Shown: positions 17,842 to 26,115, counted from the first letter of the stretch. The stretch is DNA of 38,812 nucleotides from a virus (IMGVR_UViG_3300011335_000266:1-38812); one strand, 5' to 3'. The notes: generated from the sequence alone by a model not told the origin. Translations and numbers: made by a program.

Positions 17842-19365
17842 TTAAACTGTATAGAACCGCTCACGGCGGTGGCTCTTAAACCATTGAATCTCTTCAGGCT
17901 CATCGCTTGGTAAACGAAGGAACCCACCCTGACGAAAGCGCATAAGCGCTAGAGTTGTCGCGTCAACCAAGTCATCATGCTCGCCTGACGGAAATGCTGC
18001 AACTTCGTCCACTAACTCTTCTGCCCAGCGGGTTCGTGGAACCCACACTTTTCCACTTGCGATTATGTCTGAGACTGAGTTTAAGCGGGCAATTTTGTCT
18101 TGGCCCTTACTAGGCGTGTACTCCTGCACCGGTATACCCATGGCTCTTAAGTCATAGATCAGCGGCGCACCAGACGCCTTCTTCTCCACGATCAGAGAGT
18201 CCGGCTCATAGTCTGTGTACTCCCGCATAACGTCTCGTTTTAATTCCGGGAACTCAACTCGCTTCTTATACGTGTTGAGTAATATGATGTTGGGCGCAAA
18301 GTTGTCCTCTTCACAGGCAAAGATTCCCCAAGTAGTCCCCGCTGAATAGTCAGCCCGCTGGGTTTTCTCAAACGCCGTATCCCACGACTGGAGGATGTAG
18401 TCGCACTGAGGGGGATTGTCTTTCTCCCACCATTTCCACCAATCGCGCTTAACAATCGCGCTCTCGTTACCCACAGGATTCTGCTGATACTGCGCCTGCC
18501 ACTTGGCATTAGGGAGTTCTTCACGAAGGGCTTCCAACTCAGCCAGACTCCAAAATTGCGGCCAAAGCGGGTTACCACTAGGTAAGATCGCGGGGAATTC
18601 AATGACTTCCCACTCTTCACCACTGCGTTGTGCTGCACTTTTTAGTACCTGACCGGTCAAATCCCGTTGTGCCCAGCGTGTCATAACCACAACAATAGAG
18701 CCGCCCGGCTGCAAACGCTGACGAGGGCCAGATGTATACCACTCAAACACCTTATCGTAGATGTCTGGGTTACTTGCTGCCATCGCAGCCTCTTGTTCTG
18801 AGTGCGGATCGTCAATAATGAGCACGTCAGCGCCCTTACCGGTCACTGTACCACCCACACCAATCGCAAAATAGTCACCACCCTTGCTGGTATTCCATCT
18901 TCCAGCCGCTTTTGAGTCAGCTTGGAGCGCTAAATTGGGAAAAATACTGCTGTAAACCTCAGAATCCACCAAATTTCGCACTTTTCGACCAAAACCTACC
19001 GCCAATTCGCCCGTGTTAGACGCCTGAATGACTTTTTTATGAGGAAACTTGCCCAAAAACCAAGCTGGCAGCAGATAAGAAGCAAACTCAGACTTAGTAT
19101 GACGGGGAGGCATATTAATAATAAGCCGCTTACAAGTACCATTTGCCACCCGCTCAAACGCATCAGCCATTCTCTTGTGGTGGGCTCCCGAAATGAAGGT
19201 TGGCCATACGCGCTCAACGAATTTGATGAATTTTTCTTGGCATAGTTCACGATCTTTGAGCTTCTCTAGTTTAATTAGTGAGGCATCCAACACGCGCAGG
19301 TCAGCTTCCGACAACTTGCCGGACTTAATTGCCGCCTCAATTTCTTTAATTGTTAGGCTGCTCAT
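17842..19365 (-). CDS. terL: Terminase large subunit
   Basis: Walker A-like NMPPRHTKS, Walker B LIIDDP, VMTRW coupling motif, RNase H-like SWDTA and HDDLVDA. Confidence 0.95.
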   Translation of the reverse strand: MSSLTIKEIEAAIKSGKLSEADLRVLDASLIKLEKLKDRELCQEKFIKFVERVWPTFISGAHHKRMADAFERVANGTCKRLIINMPPRHTKSEFASYLLPAWFLGKFPHKKVIQASNTGELAVGFGRKVRNLVDSEVYSSIFPNLALQADSKAAGRWNTSKGGDYFAIGVGGTVTGKGADVLIIDDPHSEQEAAMAASNPDIYDKVFEWYTSGPRQRLQPGGSIVVVMTRWAQRDLTGQVLKSAAQRSGEEWEVIEFPAILPSGNPLWPQFWSLAELEALREELPNAKWQAQYQQNPVGNESAIVKRDWWKWWEKDNPPQCDYILQSWDTAFEKTQRADYSAGTTWGIFACEEDNFAPNIILLNTYKKRVEFPELKRDVMREYTDYEPDSLIVEKKASGAPLIYDLRAMGIPVQEYTPSKGQDKIARLNSVSDIIASGKVWVPRTRWAEELVDEVAAFPSGEHDDLVDATTLALMRFRQGGFLRLPSDEPEEIQWFKSHRRERFYTV

Positions 19366-19942
19366 TAGGTACGTCTTGGCGGGTTTCTTCTGCTGGGCCT
19401 AGGTGCGTATCCAGATCGTCTAGGGGCGTTACATCTGTAACTTCTGCATTCATGAGCCGCTTGATGCGCTCTTTAATAGATTCTTCTAACCCCTTACTTG
19501 TGGTGTGGTGCACAGTAATCTCACTGCGTTCAGTGAAAAGGCCGATGTCGGAATGTTTACCCAAAAGCTCAAGAGCTTTGATTTCAATCTTGGGATCGCC
19601 GCAGTCAGTCATCTTGACTAACTTATTAGTAATGAACGTGCGGGCCTGTTGAATATCTGCAAACGCTTGGAAGTCAAACGTCTTAATAAGGACTGATGCC
19701 GCCTTCGCTTCTGCCGGTACGGATATGTGCTTAGGTGTAGCTGGCTTATCGGTACCGTTAAATAACTCCGCCGTTTTGTGCAGGTCTTTATCTTCGTAGT
19801 CAAGACCGGGGCCAAGCTTGTCGATCAGGTTTGCGGTATTTACAGCGATGGCAATGCCGTCCTTATGAGTCTTGGGTTGCTCATCGGACATATCAAATGG
19901 CAGAGGCTTGTCTGCGCTTGGCTGTATTTCAATCATAGGCAC
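19346..19942 (-). CDS. Probable terminase small subunit
   Basis: Directly upstream of TerL; IKALELLGKH..GLF motif typical of TerS. Confidence 0.7.
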   Translation of the reverse strand: MPMIEIQPSADKPLPFDMSDEQPKTHKDGIAIAVNTANLIDKLGPGLDYEDKDLHKTAELFNGTDKPATPKHISVPAEAKAASVLIKTFDFQAFADIQQARTFITNKLVKMTDCGDPKIEIKALELLGKHSDIGLFTERSEITVHHTTSKGLEESIKERIKRLMNAEVTDVTPLDDLDTHLGPAEETRQDVPNEQPNN

Positions 19943-19966
19943 CGAGTAGTTATCGGGAATGGCGCA

Positions 19967-19995
19967 AATGTAACACCACTTTTAATTTTTTGCAA
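19967..19995 (-). promoter_or_regulatory. Leftward promoter for the packaging/structural arm
   Basis: Minus strand TTGCAA-17 nt-TACATT with TGn extended -10. Confidence 0.55.
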
Positions 19996-20239
19996 AAATT
20001 TTTTTCGATTGCCTGATTTATTTTGCACCGGGGGGTGTTTCTAGATTGGACTTTGTAGCATTGTGGTACAGAATTGTATAGGGGGTGGGGGGATTTTTAA
20101 TTTAGCTGTTCGACAGTGCAACACAGTGTGTATAGGATCGTGGGACTCCTTTGGTCAAAATCTGGGGGGTGGGGTTCGGTGTCGTCAATTCCTGACATTT
20201 GTTAGAACCATCCCCCTATTTAATTTGTTTATTTATTAC

Positions 20240-20267
20240 TTGCAAAGTGTACCACGATATGTATAAT
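20240..20267 (+). promoter_or_regulatory. Early sigma70-type promoter P1
   Basis: ATTAC-TTGCAA-16 nt-TATAAT with an AT-rich upstream tract. Confidence 0.7.
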
Positions 20268-20356
20268 AGATAACATGGACAGCGACAATCGGTGTTCATG
20301 CTTAGGTAGCTAGCGGGTTTTTCCAAAGCTACTGTTTATTAGAAGGTAATCGAATC

Positions 20357-20884
20357 ATGACTACAAACGTCATTGTGTCGTCTCCCGCCATTGACACAGG
20401 CATTTTGTCCATTGCACGCAATTCCCTAGTGGAAGGTGTAAGCAAAACGGGCGATCTTATTCAGGGCTATGCGAACGTGCTTTGCGAAGTGTTCGATCGC
20501 AAAGACACTGAAGGTCGGGTTATCACCAAGTGGTTCGATCTAGTCGGCAAGGACAAAAAGGGCGTGAAGGCAGAACGCGCATTATTTGTTCAAGCCATGA
20601 TCGAACGTGGACACGTCAAGCCCGACGGCAAACCAACGGCAACTGTCGACACCTATTGGATGCGAGTCAAGATCGCATCAGGTTATACCCCAAATGGGCG
20701 TGTGTCGGGCGGTACGGATGTGGATAGCAAAACCCTTGCAGAACTGAAAACCATGATAAACCGCATTTACAAAGCGGATGAGGATGGCACAGAGTGCAAC
20801 GCCCTTGACTTTTTGGTCAACCTTAAGGATGTGTTCGAAGGTCTAGGCGGTGATGTGATGGACTTGGGCAAAAACCTCAAGTAA
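20357..20884 (+). CDS. First early protein, unknown function
   Basis: 175 aa, GAAGGT RBS, downstream of P1. Confidence 0.8.
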   Translation: MTTNVIVSSPAIDTGILSIARNSLVEGVSKTGDLIQGYANVLCEVFDRKDTEGRVITKWFDLVGKDKKGVKAERALFVQAMIERGHVKPDGKPTATVDTYWMRVKIASGYTPNGRVSGGTDVDSKTLAELKTMINRIYKADEDGTECNALDFLVNLKDVFEGLGGDVMDLGKNLK

Positions 20885-20896
20885 TCGGGTAACGAC

Positions 20897-20922
20897 AGAA
20901 CCTAGGGGAAACCCTAGGTTCT
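20897..20922 (+). other. Perfect 11-bp hairpin with GAAA loop overlapping a palindrome copy
   Basis: AGAACCTAGGG-GAAA-CCCTAGGTTCT; no U tract. Confidence 0.75.
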
Positions 20923-20952
20923 AACAAATGTTAGATTTCATTGGAGAAAATT

Positions 20953-21156
20953 ATGAAACCATCGTTCAAGCATGATTGTGACAAGTGTAAGTTTGTCGGC
21001 AAAATTTTCAGGGCTTTAGACCTTGAGGGTACGAAAAAACGTGCAACCGATCTTTATGAGTCTTGCAACACTTATGGAAGCAAATACATTTTGCGCTGTT
21101 CAAGCAAGGGCGGTGATTACATCACCACCGACAATTTTCAAGAGTACATGATCTAA
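20953..21156 (+). CDS. Small Cys-containing early protein
   Basis: GGAG RBS then ATG at 20953; FKHDCDKC motif. Confidence 0.7.
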   Translation: MKPSFKHDCDKCKFVGKIFRALDLEGTKKRATDLYESCNTYGSKYILRCSSKGGDYITTDNFQEYMI

Positions 21157-21166
21157 GGGGAATACC

Positions 21167-21418
21167 ATGGGAAAACGAGTCACTACATACGAACGTATCA
21201 TGCAAGATCGAATCATTCAAGGTTTGTTGGATGACATTCGCAATGAAGTACCGCCCGAAGTGGCATTACGTGGCAATGCAAAAACAAACCCGCACCGAGC
21301 ACGTGTAGCAGAATTCTTTAAAACCCATGGTTTCCCTAATGCATACGCTACTAGTTTTTGGATGGCGTTTGCCCAAGGTATTTCATTCGATCGTGGTCTA
21401 CATAATCGATTCGAGTAA
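21167..21418 (+). CDS. Hypothetical early protein
   Basis: 83 aa, AAGGGG RBS. Confidence 0.7.
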   Translation: MGKRVTTYERIMQDRIIQGLLDDIRNEVPPEVALRGNAKTNPHRARVAEFFKTHGFPNAYATSFWMAFAQGISFDRGLHNRFE

Positions 21419-21438
21419 ACCTAACATTTGTTAGAACC

Positions 21439-21463
21439 AAGCCCCGCTAGTCGGGGCTTTTTT
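21439..21463 (+). terminator. Intrinsic terminator
   Basis: AAGCCCCG-CTAGT-CGGGGCTT-TTTT. Confidence 0.85.
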
Positions 21464-21542
21464 GCGTCTTATCCTAACTATTGTTAGCGTACCACGATGT
21501 TATGAATTATGGTTTTTATTTTGTCCCGAGGTTTTTTTCTGC

Positions 21543-21678
21543 ACCAGTTCTCTGTGCGGGGGTAGTGGGAAGGCTCGGCTCTAACTTTTGTTAGTCATCA
21601 CTAACATGTTCTAAACTATGTATGTAAACACAGTAGTTGACATTTTCTCTGTACCAGTTCTCTGTGCGGGGGTAGTGG
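21543..21678 (+). repeat. Two exact 26-bp direct repeats, 110 bp apart
   Basis: ACCAGTTCTCTGTGCGGGGGTAGTGG at 21543-21568 and 21653-21678. Confidence 0.9.
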
Positions 21679-21687
21679 CAAGCCTTT

Positions 21688-22040
21688 CTAACAAATGTTA
21701 TGTTTCGTTGTAGCAATGTTACGTCTAATGTTACGTTGCAAATCACGTAAGTTGTTGATTCTAAAGCAATGTTACATGTTACGTTTTTTTCGAAATGGGT
21801 GTGACGGGCAAAAGGGGCAAGACTTCTCGCCAAGTGCAATCTGTGGTATAAGATATTCTAGGAAAGCCACACACACTATTCTTCAAAAAATATAACTTTA
21901 TAACATAACCCATTTTTTCGCTTCTAACCCCTTGATTTCATTGAGTTTTATAATGTTATATGTCAAAACTTATTCACGTAACATTCCACAACATTACCCC
22001 AAAAAACGTAACAACTCATGCCCATAAAAACGTAACAGAA
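21688..22040. other. Candidate replication origin or other nucleoprotein site
   Basis: Clustered ATGTTAC and GTAACA repeats, AT-rich, two WATCAANNNNTTR matches (minus strand 21748-21760 and 21925-21937). Confidence 0.5.
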
Positions 22041-22055
22041 GCATCGCCCCATTAC

Positions 22056-22084
22056 TTGACTTATCTGTAACTTTGTGGTATAAT
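22056..22084 (+). promoter_or_regulatory. Early sigma70-type promoter P2
   Basis: ATTAC-TTGACT-17 nt-TATAAT with TGn extended -10. Confidence 0.85.
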
Positions 22085-22150
22085 TAAGTATGGGTTGGGG
22101 ATGTTGTTTTTATAACATTAGGTTTGCCCCCAACCTTGCAAACCTAACAA

Positions 22151-22333
22151 ATGTTAGAAGGGTTAGAAATGATTACTAGATTAGACAGTTTGTTTTGCCG
22201 TGTACTGCTTCACAAACACATGATGTGGGCATGGCGCTTTTGGTGGATTGAAGCCGCACGTGTTGGTACTGACTGCACGAACTACGTGCGCATCGGCTTC
22301 AAGCACAAACGTAACAACGTCAACTACATGTAA
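22151..22333 (+). CDS. Hypothetical early protein
   Basis: 60 aa; ATG inside palindrome (alternative start 22169). Confidence 0.5.
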   Translation: MLEGLEMITRLDSLFCRVLLHKHMMWAWRFWWIEAARVGTDCTNYVRIGFKHKRNNVNYM

Positions 22334-22346
22334 CAGGAGGTAACAA

Positions 22347-22577
22347 ATGTTAGGAACTGACTGGAAAGAATGTATTGATTGCCGTGAAGAAATTCACGTG
22401 TCCCGCTACCAAGCGTTCTGCAAGTTCTGCGAACAAGACCGAGAGCGTAGTGCAGGTGAGGAACGTACGAGTTGGTGCGTAGTCCAAGAGTACGGCAAGG
22501 GTAACTACCAACTTGTTACACCTGCGAGCGCACGTACAACGCTCAAACAGACTAATCAAAAAGAACTGAGGGGCTGA
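22347..22577 (+). CDS. C4 zinc-finger protein (DksA/TraR-like spacing)
   Basis: CIDCREEI...R...CKFCEQ; AGGAGG RBS; ATG inside palindrome. Confidence 0.65.
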   Translation: MLGTDWKECIDCREEIHVSRYQAFCKFCEQDRERSAGEERTSWCVVQEYGKGNYQLVTPASARTTLKQTNQKELRG

Positions 22578-22580
22578 GCC

Positions 22581-22751
22581 ATGACCACAAGACCAAGACA
22601 CGTGAAGGTTGACCGATTGAGCAGACCAATTCGGCAGACCGACTACTTACAAATGTTAGGCGAGGCGATGAAGTTCGCACGAGTGGAGGAGAGCAAGCCT
22701 GTACTCAATGCTAGAGAGTTGCCCATACAAACCAAGAGGGAGGTCAAATGA
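22581..22751 (+). CDS. Small hypothetical protein (56 aa)
   Basis: Hand-translated MTTRPRHVKVDRL...KREVK; GAGGGG RBS; ATGA overlap with next gene. Confidence 0.55.
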   Translation: MTTRPRHVKVDRLSRPIRQTDYLQMLGEAMKFARVEESKPVLNARELPIQTKREVK

Positions 22752-22921
22752 CTGATGCAGAAAAGATTGAACTGTTAGGTGAGGCGTTGAACAACCTTGT
22801 GGGGACTGCCTATGAATACATCGAAGATGGGTCATGGCTTGAGACATTGAACCTTGATATTGATAACGCAAGGGAGGTATTGAAACAGATACCCCCTAAA
22901 TCTTGGAACTTGGAGGGCTAA
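22748..22921 (+). CDS. Small acidic protein (57 aa)
   Basis: Hand-translated MTDAEKIELLGEAL...WNLEG; GGAGG RBS; stop is the TAA of a palindrome copy. Confidence 0.65.
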   Translation: MTDAEKIELLGEALNNLVGTAYEYIEDGSWLETLNLDIDNAREVLKQIPPKSWNLEG

Positions 22922-22924
22922 CAA

Positions 22925-23014
22925 ATGTTAACTAAATGGGAGAAGCTAGAGCGAGTTCTTTTTGTACTCGGTTTAATTGTGGTCATGCTTGACCTATTCT
23001 ATTGGAGACCATGA
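22925..23014 (+). CDS. 29-aa single-pass membrane peptide
   Basis: MLTKWEKLERVLFVLGLIVVMLDLFYWRP; GGAGG RBS; ATG inside palindrome. Confidence 0.65.
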   Translation: MLTKWEKLERVLFVLGLIVVMLDLFYWRP

Positions 23015-23136
23015 TGACACCAGCAGAGTTTTATTTTATGGTTGCGCAGATATTCCTAGCGCGGTCATTGACTCCGTTCACTGCGCTATTGTTTGCGGTG
23101 ATGTGGCTATGCGTTGCTATCTATAAGGGGTGGTGA
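23011..23136 (+). CDS. 41-aa hydrophobic membrane peptide
   Basis: MMTPAEFYFMVAQIFLARSLTPFTALLFAVMWLCVAIYKGW; GGAG RBS; ATGA coupling. Confidence 0.55.
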   Translation: MMTPAEFYFMVAQIFLARSLTPFTALLFAVMWLCVAIYKGW

Positions 23137-23345
23137 TGGGCTTATTACAAGACGAGTCTGAGGGGTACGAGCCCCAACGATTGAGTCGGTGGTTCGCTAG
23201 CCGACTGGGTGCTAGAGAAGTGGTACGAAATAACTTTAGAAAGGAACTAACAAATGTTAGAAGCAAGACACAAGATGAAGTTGTTCTTTGCAATCAGACC
23301 ATGGGAGAACGAGCCCGACCATGCGGAGTGGGTTCAGGAAGTTAG
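23136..23345 (+). CDS. Hypothetical protein
   Basis: TGATG coupling to upstream stop; LSRWFASR motif; overlaps next gene by about 90 nt. Confidence 0.4.
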   Translation: MGLLQDESEGYEPQRLSRWFASRLGAREVVRNNFRKELTNVRSKTQDEVVLCNQTMGERARPCGVGSGS

Positions 23346-23736
23346 CGGGTACAAGTGCCGTATCAGTAGGAACGAACACATGGGTACGCTATGTGGTTAT
23401 GTGGGTATACCCAAAGAGCATAGGTTCTGGGGTATCAGTTACAACATAGACCCTGACCCTGAGTTGAGTGACATAAGCGACAACGTGCATGGTGGTCTAA
23501 CCTATTCTGCCAAGGGTGACGATGGGTGGTGGTACTTTGGTTTTGATACCTCACACATGGATGACTTTGCGCCCAAGATGGTTGAGACATTGATCGCTGT
23601 GGGGAGCGGTGCTGACCCTAGGTTTTCTGACTGCATGAACTATAAAACGTGGGAGTTTGTGGAAGACCAAATCTATTGGTTGGGCAAGCGACTATGGCAG
23701 TACAACGAGTACGAGAAGGAGGGTAAAGATGCGTGA
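23254..23736 (+). CDS. Conserved phage protein with CGYV / HGGLTY / GFD motifs
   Basis: LCGYVGIPKEH..VHGGLTY..WYFGFDTSH; AAGGA RBS; ATG inside palindrome. Confidence 0.8.
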   Translation: MLEARHKMKLFFAIRPWENEPDHAEWVQEVSGYKCRISRNEHMGTLCGYVGIPKEHRFWGISYNIDPDPELSDISDNVHGGLTYSAKGDDGWWYFGFDTSHMDDFAPKMVETLIAVGSGADPRFSDCMNYKTWEFVEDQIYWLGKRLWQYNEYEKEGKDA

Positions 23737-23935
23737 GCAATGGTATCTGTGCCGAGTGCCTAGGCATGGGTTGGTGGTTATGTTTAGGGAGAGGGACTAC
23801 AACTACCAACGTCACCACGAGGAGAGGTTGCACGTGCCTGACCCTAAGAACAATGTGGTTCTGTTAGCGCAGGGGTACAGGGAAGAGATCAAAGCATACT
23901 ACGATTTAATCAATGGAGGTCTAACAAATGTATAG
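23729..23935 (+). CDS. Hypothetical protein
   Basis: GGAGG RBS, ATG at 23729; ends GGLTNV across a palindrome copy. Confidence 0.65.
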   Translation: MREQWYLCRVPRHGLVVMFRERDYNYQRHHEERLHVPDPKNNVVLLAQGYREEIKAYYDLINGGLTNV

Positions 23936-24140
23936 GGTTGCAGGGTGGTGGGTGTTATATATAGACCACAAAAAACGTGCGGATGTTGCACGAGAGAATG
24001 ACTTCCATGAGTTTAAGCGACTCAAAGGTTGGACTCACGTTGCAGATGGTACGTGTGAGGATATGGAAGCAATGGCAAAACTATTGAATTGCCAAGGGAC
24101 AAACTTTTTTAACTATGGAGGTCTAACAAATGTTAGCTAG
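23928..24140 (+). CDS. Hypothetical protein
   Basis: GGAGG RBS; starts and ends in palindrome copies. Confidence 0.7.
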   Translation: MYRVAGWWVLYIDHKKRADVARENDFHEFKRLKGWTHVADGTCEDMEAMAKLLNCQGTNFFNYGGLTNVS

Positions 24141-24291
24141 ATACTACGTGACAGGGTGGAGTGGGAGGTTCAGCATGTGGGTTGCCGAAAGCCTCGAAGC
24201 GAAGAGTAAGGCAGTAGCGAAGGAGAGATTCCTAAGTAAGTACCCAACTCTGAAGAAGATTAAATTGTACAAATTGAGAGGAGAAGCATAG
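24130..24291 (+). CDS. Small basic protein (53 aa)
   Basis: Hand-translated MLARYYVTGWSGRF...LRGEA; GGAGG RBS; ATG inside palindrome. Confidence 0.65.
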   Translation: MLARYYVTGWSGRFSMWVAESLEAKSKAVAKERFLSKYPTLKKIKLYKLRGEA

Positions 24292-24300
24292 GCGAATTAC

Positions 24301-24329
24301 TTGACATACCCATTTAAATGTGGTATAAT
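24301..24329 (+). promoter_or_regulatory. Early sigma70-type promoter P3 (perfect consensus)
   Basis: ATTAC-TTGACA-17 nt-TATAAT with TGn extended -10. Confidence 0.9.
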
Positions 24330-24452
24330 ATAAGTTACTTTGGATAATTGTGTCCATAGTAGCGTAGGTGTAGGCGTTAAAAAGTGCAGAGTTAATTTGC
24401 AAACGTCAACACTAACAAATGTTAGAAATATCAGCGTATTAGAAAGACCATC

Positions 24453-25517
24453 ATGGCAGAAATCAATTTCGGTAAATCAATTACCCTCAAGCAAGCGGCA
24501 AACCTTATCCGCACAAACCCAACGACTCGGTTCTTGTTGCAAGGCGAGCCCGGCATCGGCAAGTCATCCCTACTAGAGAATATCGCAAACGATCTAGGCT
24601 ACGACTATGCCTATATTGACGTACCCAATATGGACTTGGGTGACATCGCAATGCCTGTGATAGACCATGACACACGCACTACAAGGTATTACCCCAACGC
24701 ACGTTTCCGTCTACATGAGAACAAGCCATTGGTCATCATGCTCGATGAGTTCACCAAGGGTGCTGACCCTGTGAAGAACATGCTTCACCCTATGCTAGAG
24801 AAGGCGAACCCTCGACTCGGTGACAAGACTCTCACCGCCAATACCATAGTGTTCTTGACGGGTAATCTCACGACCGATGGGGTAGGCGACTCCCTCAAAG
24901 CGCATAGCCGTAACCGCTTAGTCCCAGTAACTATTGCCAAGCCCGATGCCGAGCAATGGATTGAGTGGGCTATTGGTAAGGGGCTCGAAGCCGAGGTGAT
25001 TGCATGGGTGAATCGTTTCCCTCACGTACTCGCAAGCTATACCGATGCGGCACAAGGTGACAACCCATACATCTACAACCCACGCAAGTCTCAGCATGCG
25101 TTCGTATCACCACGTTCGTTGGAGACAGCATCGAACATTGTCCGGACTCGCAAAGAGAACGACCCTGATTCGGTGATTGCCGCTTTGACTGGTGCGATCG
25201 GTGAATCGGGTGCGCGTGATATGCAAGCGTACATTGAGTTCTCTGACCAACTTCCTACTTGGGAGGCGACGATCAAAGAGCCAAAGACTACGACTGTACC
25301 CACAAGCCCCGGTGCATGTGCCATTGTGGTGTTCGGTGCTATCGCTCGCATTACGAAAGAAACCATTGCCCCATTCATGGAGTATTTGGGCAGATTCGAT
25401 GCCGAGTGGCAAGCCGTATTCGCAATCAACATTGCCAAGAACCCTGCGAAGCAGAGTATCGCTTTCTCAAGCAGTGCGTTCAAGGACTGGGTTGTTAAGA
25501 ACCAAGACCTACTCTGA
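24453..25517 (+). CDS. AAA+ ATPase (MoxR / dynein-related type)
   Basis: Walker A GEPGIGKS, Walker B IMLDE, sensor TGN, SPRS motif. Confidence 0.88.
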   Translation: MAEINFGKSITLKQAANLIRTNPTTRFLLQGEPGIGKSSLLENIANDLGYDYAYIDVPNMDLGDIAMPVIDHDTRTTRYYPNARFRLHENKPLVIMLDEFTKGADPVKNMLHPMLEKANPRLGDKTLTANTIVFLTGNLTTDGVGDSLKAHSRNRLVPVTIAKPDAEQWIEWAIGKGLEAEVIAWVNRFPHVLASYTDAAQGDNPYIYNPRKSQHAFVSPRSLETASNIVRTRKENDPDSVIAALTGAIGESGARDMQAYIEFSDQLPTWEATIKEPKTTTVPTSPGACAIVVFGAIARITKETIAPFMEYLGRFDAEWQAVFAINIAKNPAKQSIAFSSSAFKDWVVKNQDLL

Positions 25518-25529
25518 GAGTTCTAACAA

Positions 25530-25757
25530 ATGTTAGGACTTAACGGCATGACTGCAACCGACTTCAAAAGATACATCGTCAGGTGGGTAATTGACCATAT
25601 CAAGAATGAAAGCGGTACTGCTCAGATACAGGTACTTGGGTACTGTGTATACGACACGAAGGAGTGCAAGACTTTGTTTGAACACAAAGACAAGCAAGTG
25701 TGTGAGAAGGTATTACAAATGGTATTGGAAGGAGTAGATCATGGGATACAGAAGTGA
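25530..25757 (+). CDS. Hypothetical protein
   Basis: 75 aa; ATG inside palindrome (alternative start 25548). Confidence 0.6.
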   Translation: MLGLNGMTATDFKRYIVRWVIDHIKNESGTAQIQVLGYCVYDTKECKTLFEHKDKQVCEKVLQMVLEGVDHGIQK

Positions 25758-26115
25758 TGTGGTTGCGGTGTTCTACACCCAAGACCCAAATGAGTTTCCA
25801 TCTATCAAGCTATTCATTGACGAGAACATCCCCGAGTGGTGCAGGGGTGACGAGTATATGAGTACGTTCGTAGGCAATCACGACATACGTGGGATTAAGT
25901 TCACCATGTCCGATGTGAAGTGGTATCCATCGTACCCCGATGTAAAGGGTTTCGAAGATGCCATTGATAAGTTCGAGAAGCTAAGCGATGGTGGAGATAA
26001 GTGGATGTGGGAGTTCGTGCGTATAGGAGAAGAGACGCAAGACGTAGAGGAGCGTTGGGGCGACCATAGCCACAACCTATTACATGTAAGTAGAACGATT
26101 GAGTCAGATGTTTAA
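25741..26115 (+). CDS. Hypothetical acidic protein
   Basis: MGYRSDV..VKWY..FVRIGEE motifs; AAGGAG RBS. Confidence 0.75.
   Translation: MGYRSDVVAVFYTQDPNEFPSIKLFIDENIPEWCRGDEYMSTFVGNHDIRGIKFTMSDVKWYPSYPDVKGFEDAIDKFEKLSDGGDKWMWEFVRIGEETQDVEERWGDHSHNLLHVSRTIESDV

Noticed and set aside
20063-20266. 67-aa ORF across the G tracts
   Set aside because: Low complexity, overlaps promoter P1, no RBS
21489-21498. GTACCACGAT shared with the P1 spacer (20249-20258)
   Set aside because: Only 10 bp and the flanking -35/-10 boxes are degenerate; cannot support a promoter call
21591-21895. ORFs 21591-21839 (-) and 21695-21895 (+)
   Set aside because: Run through repeat-rich DNA between a terminator and promoter P2 without convincing SD; more likely non-coding, although the 21695 ATG lies in a palindrome variant
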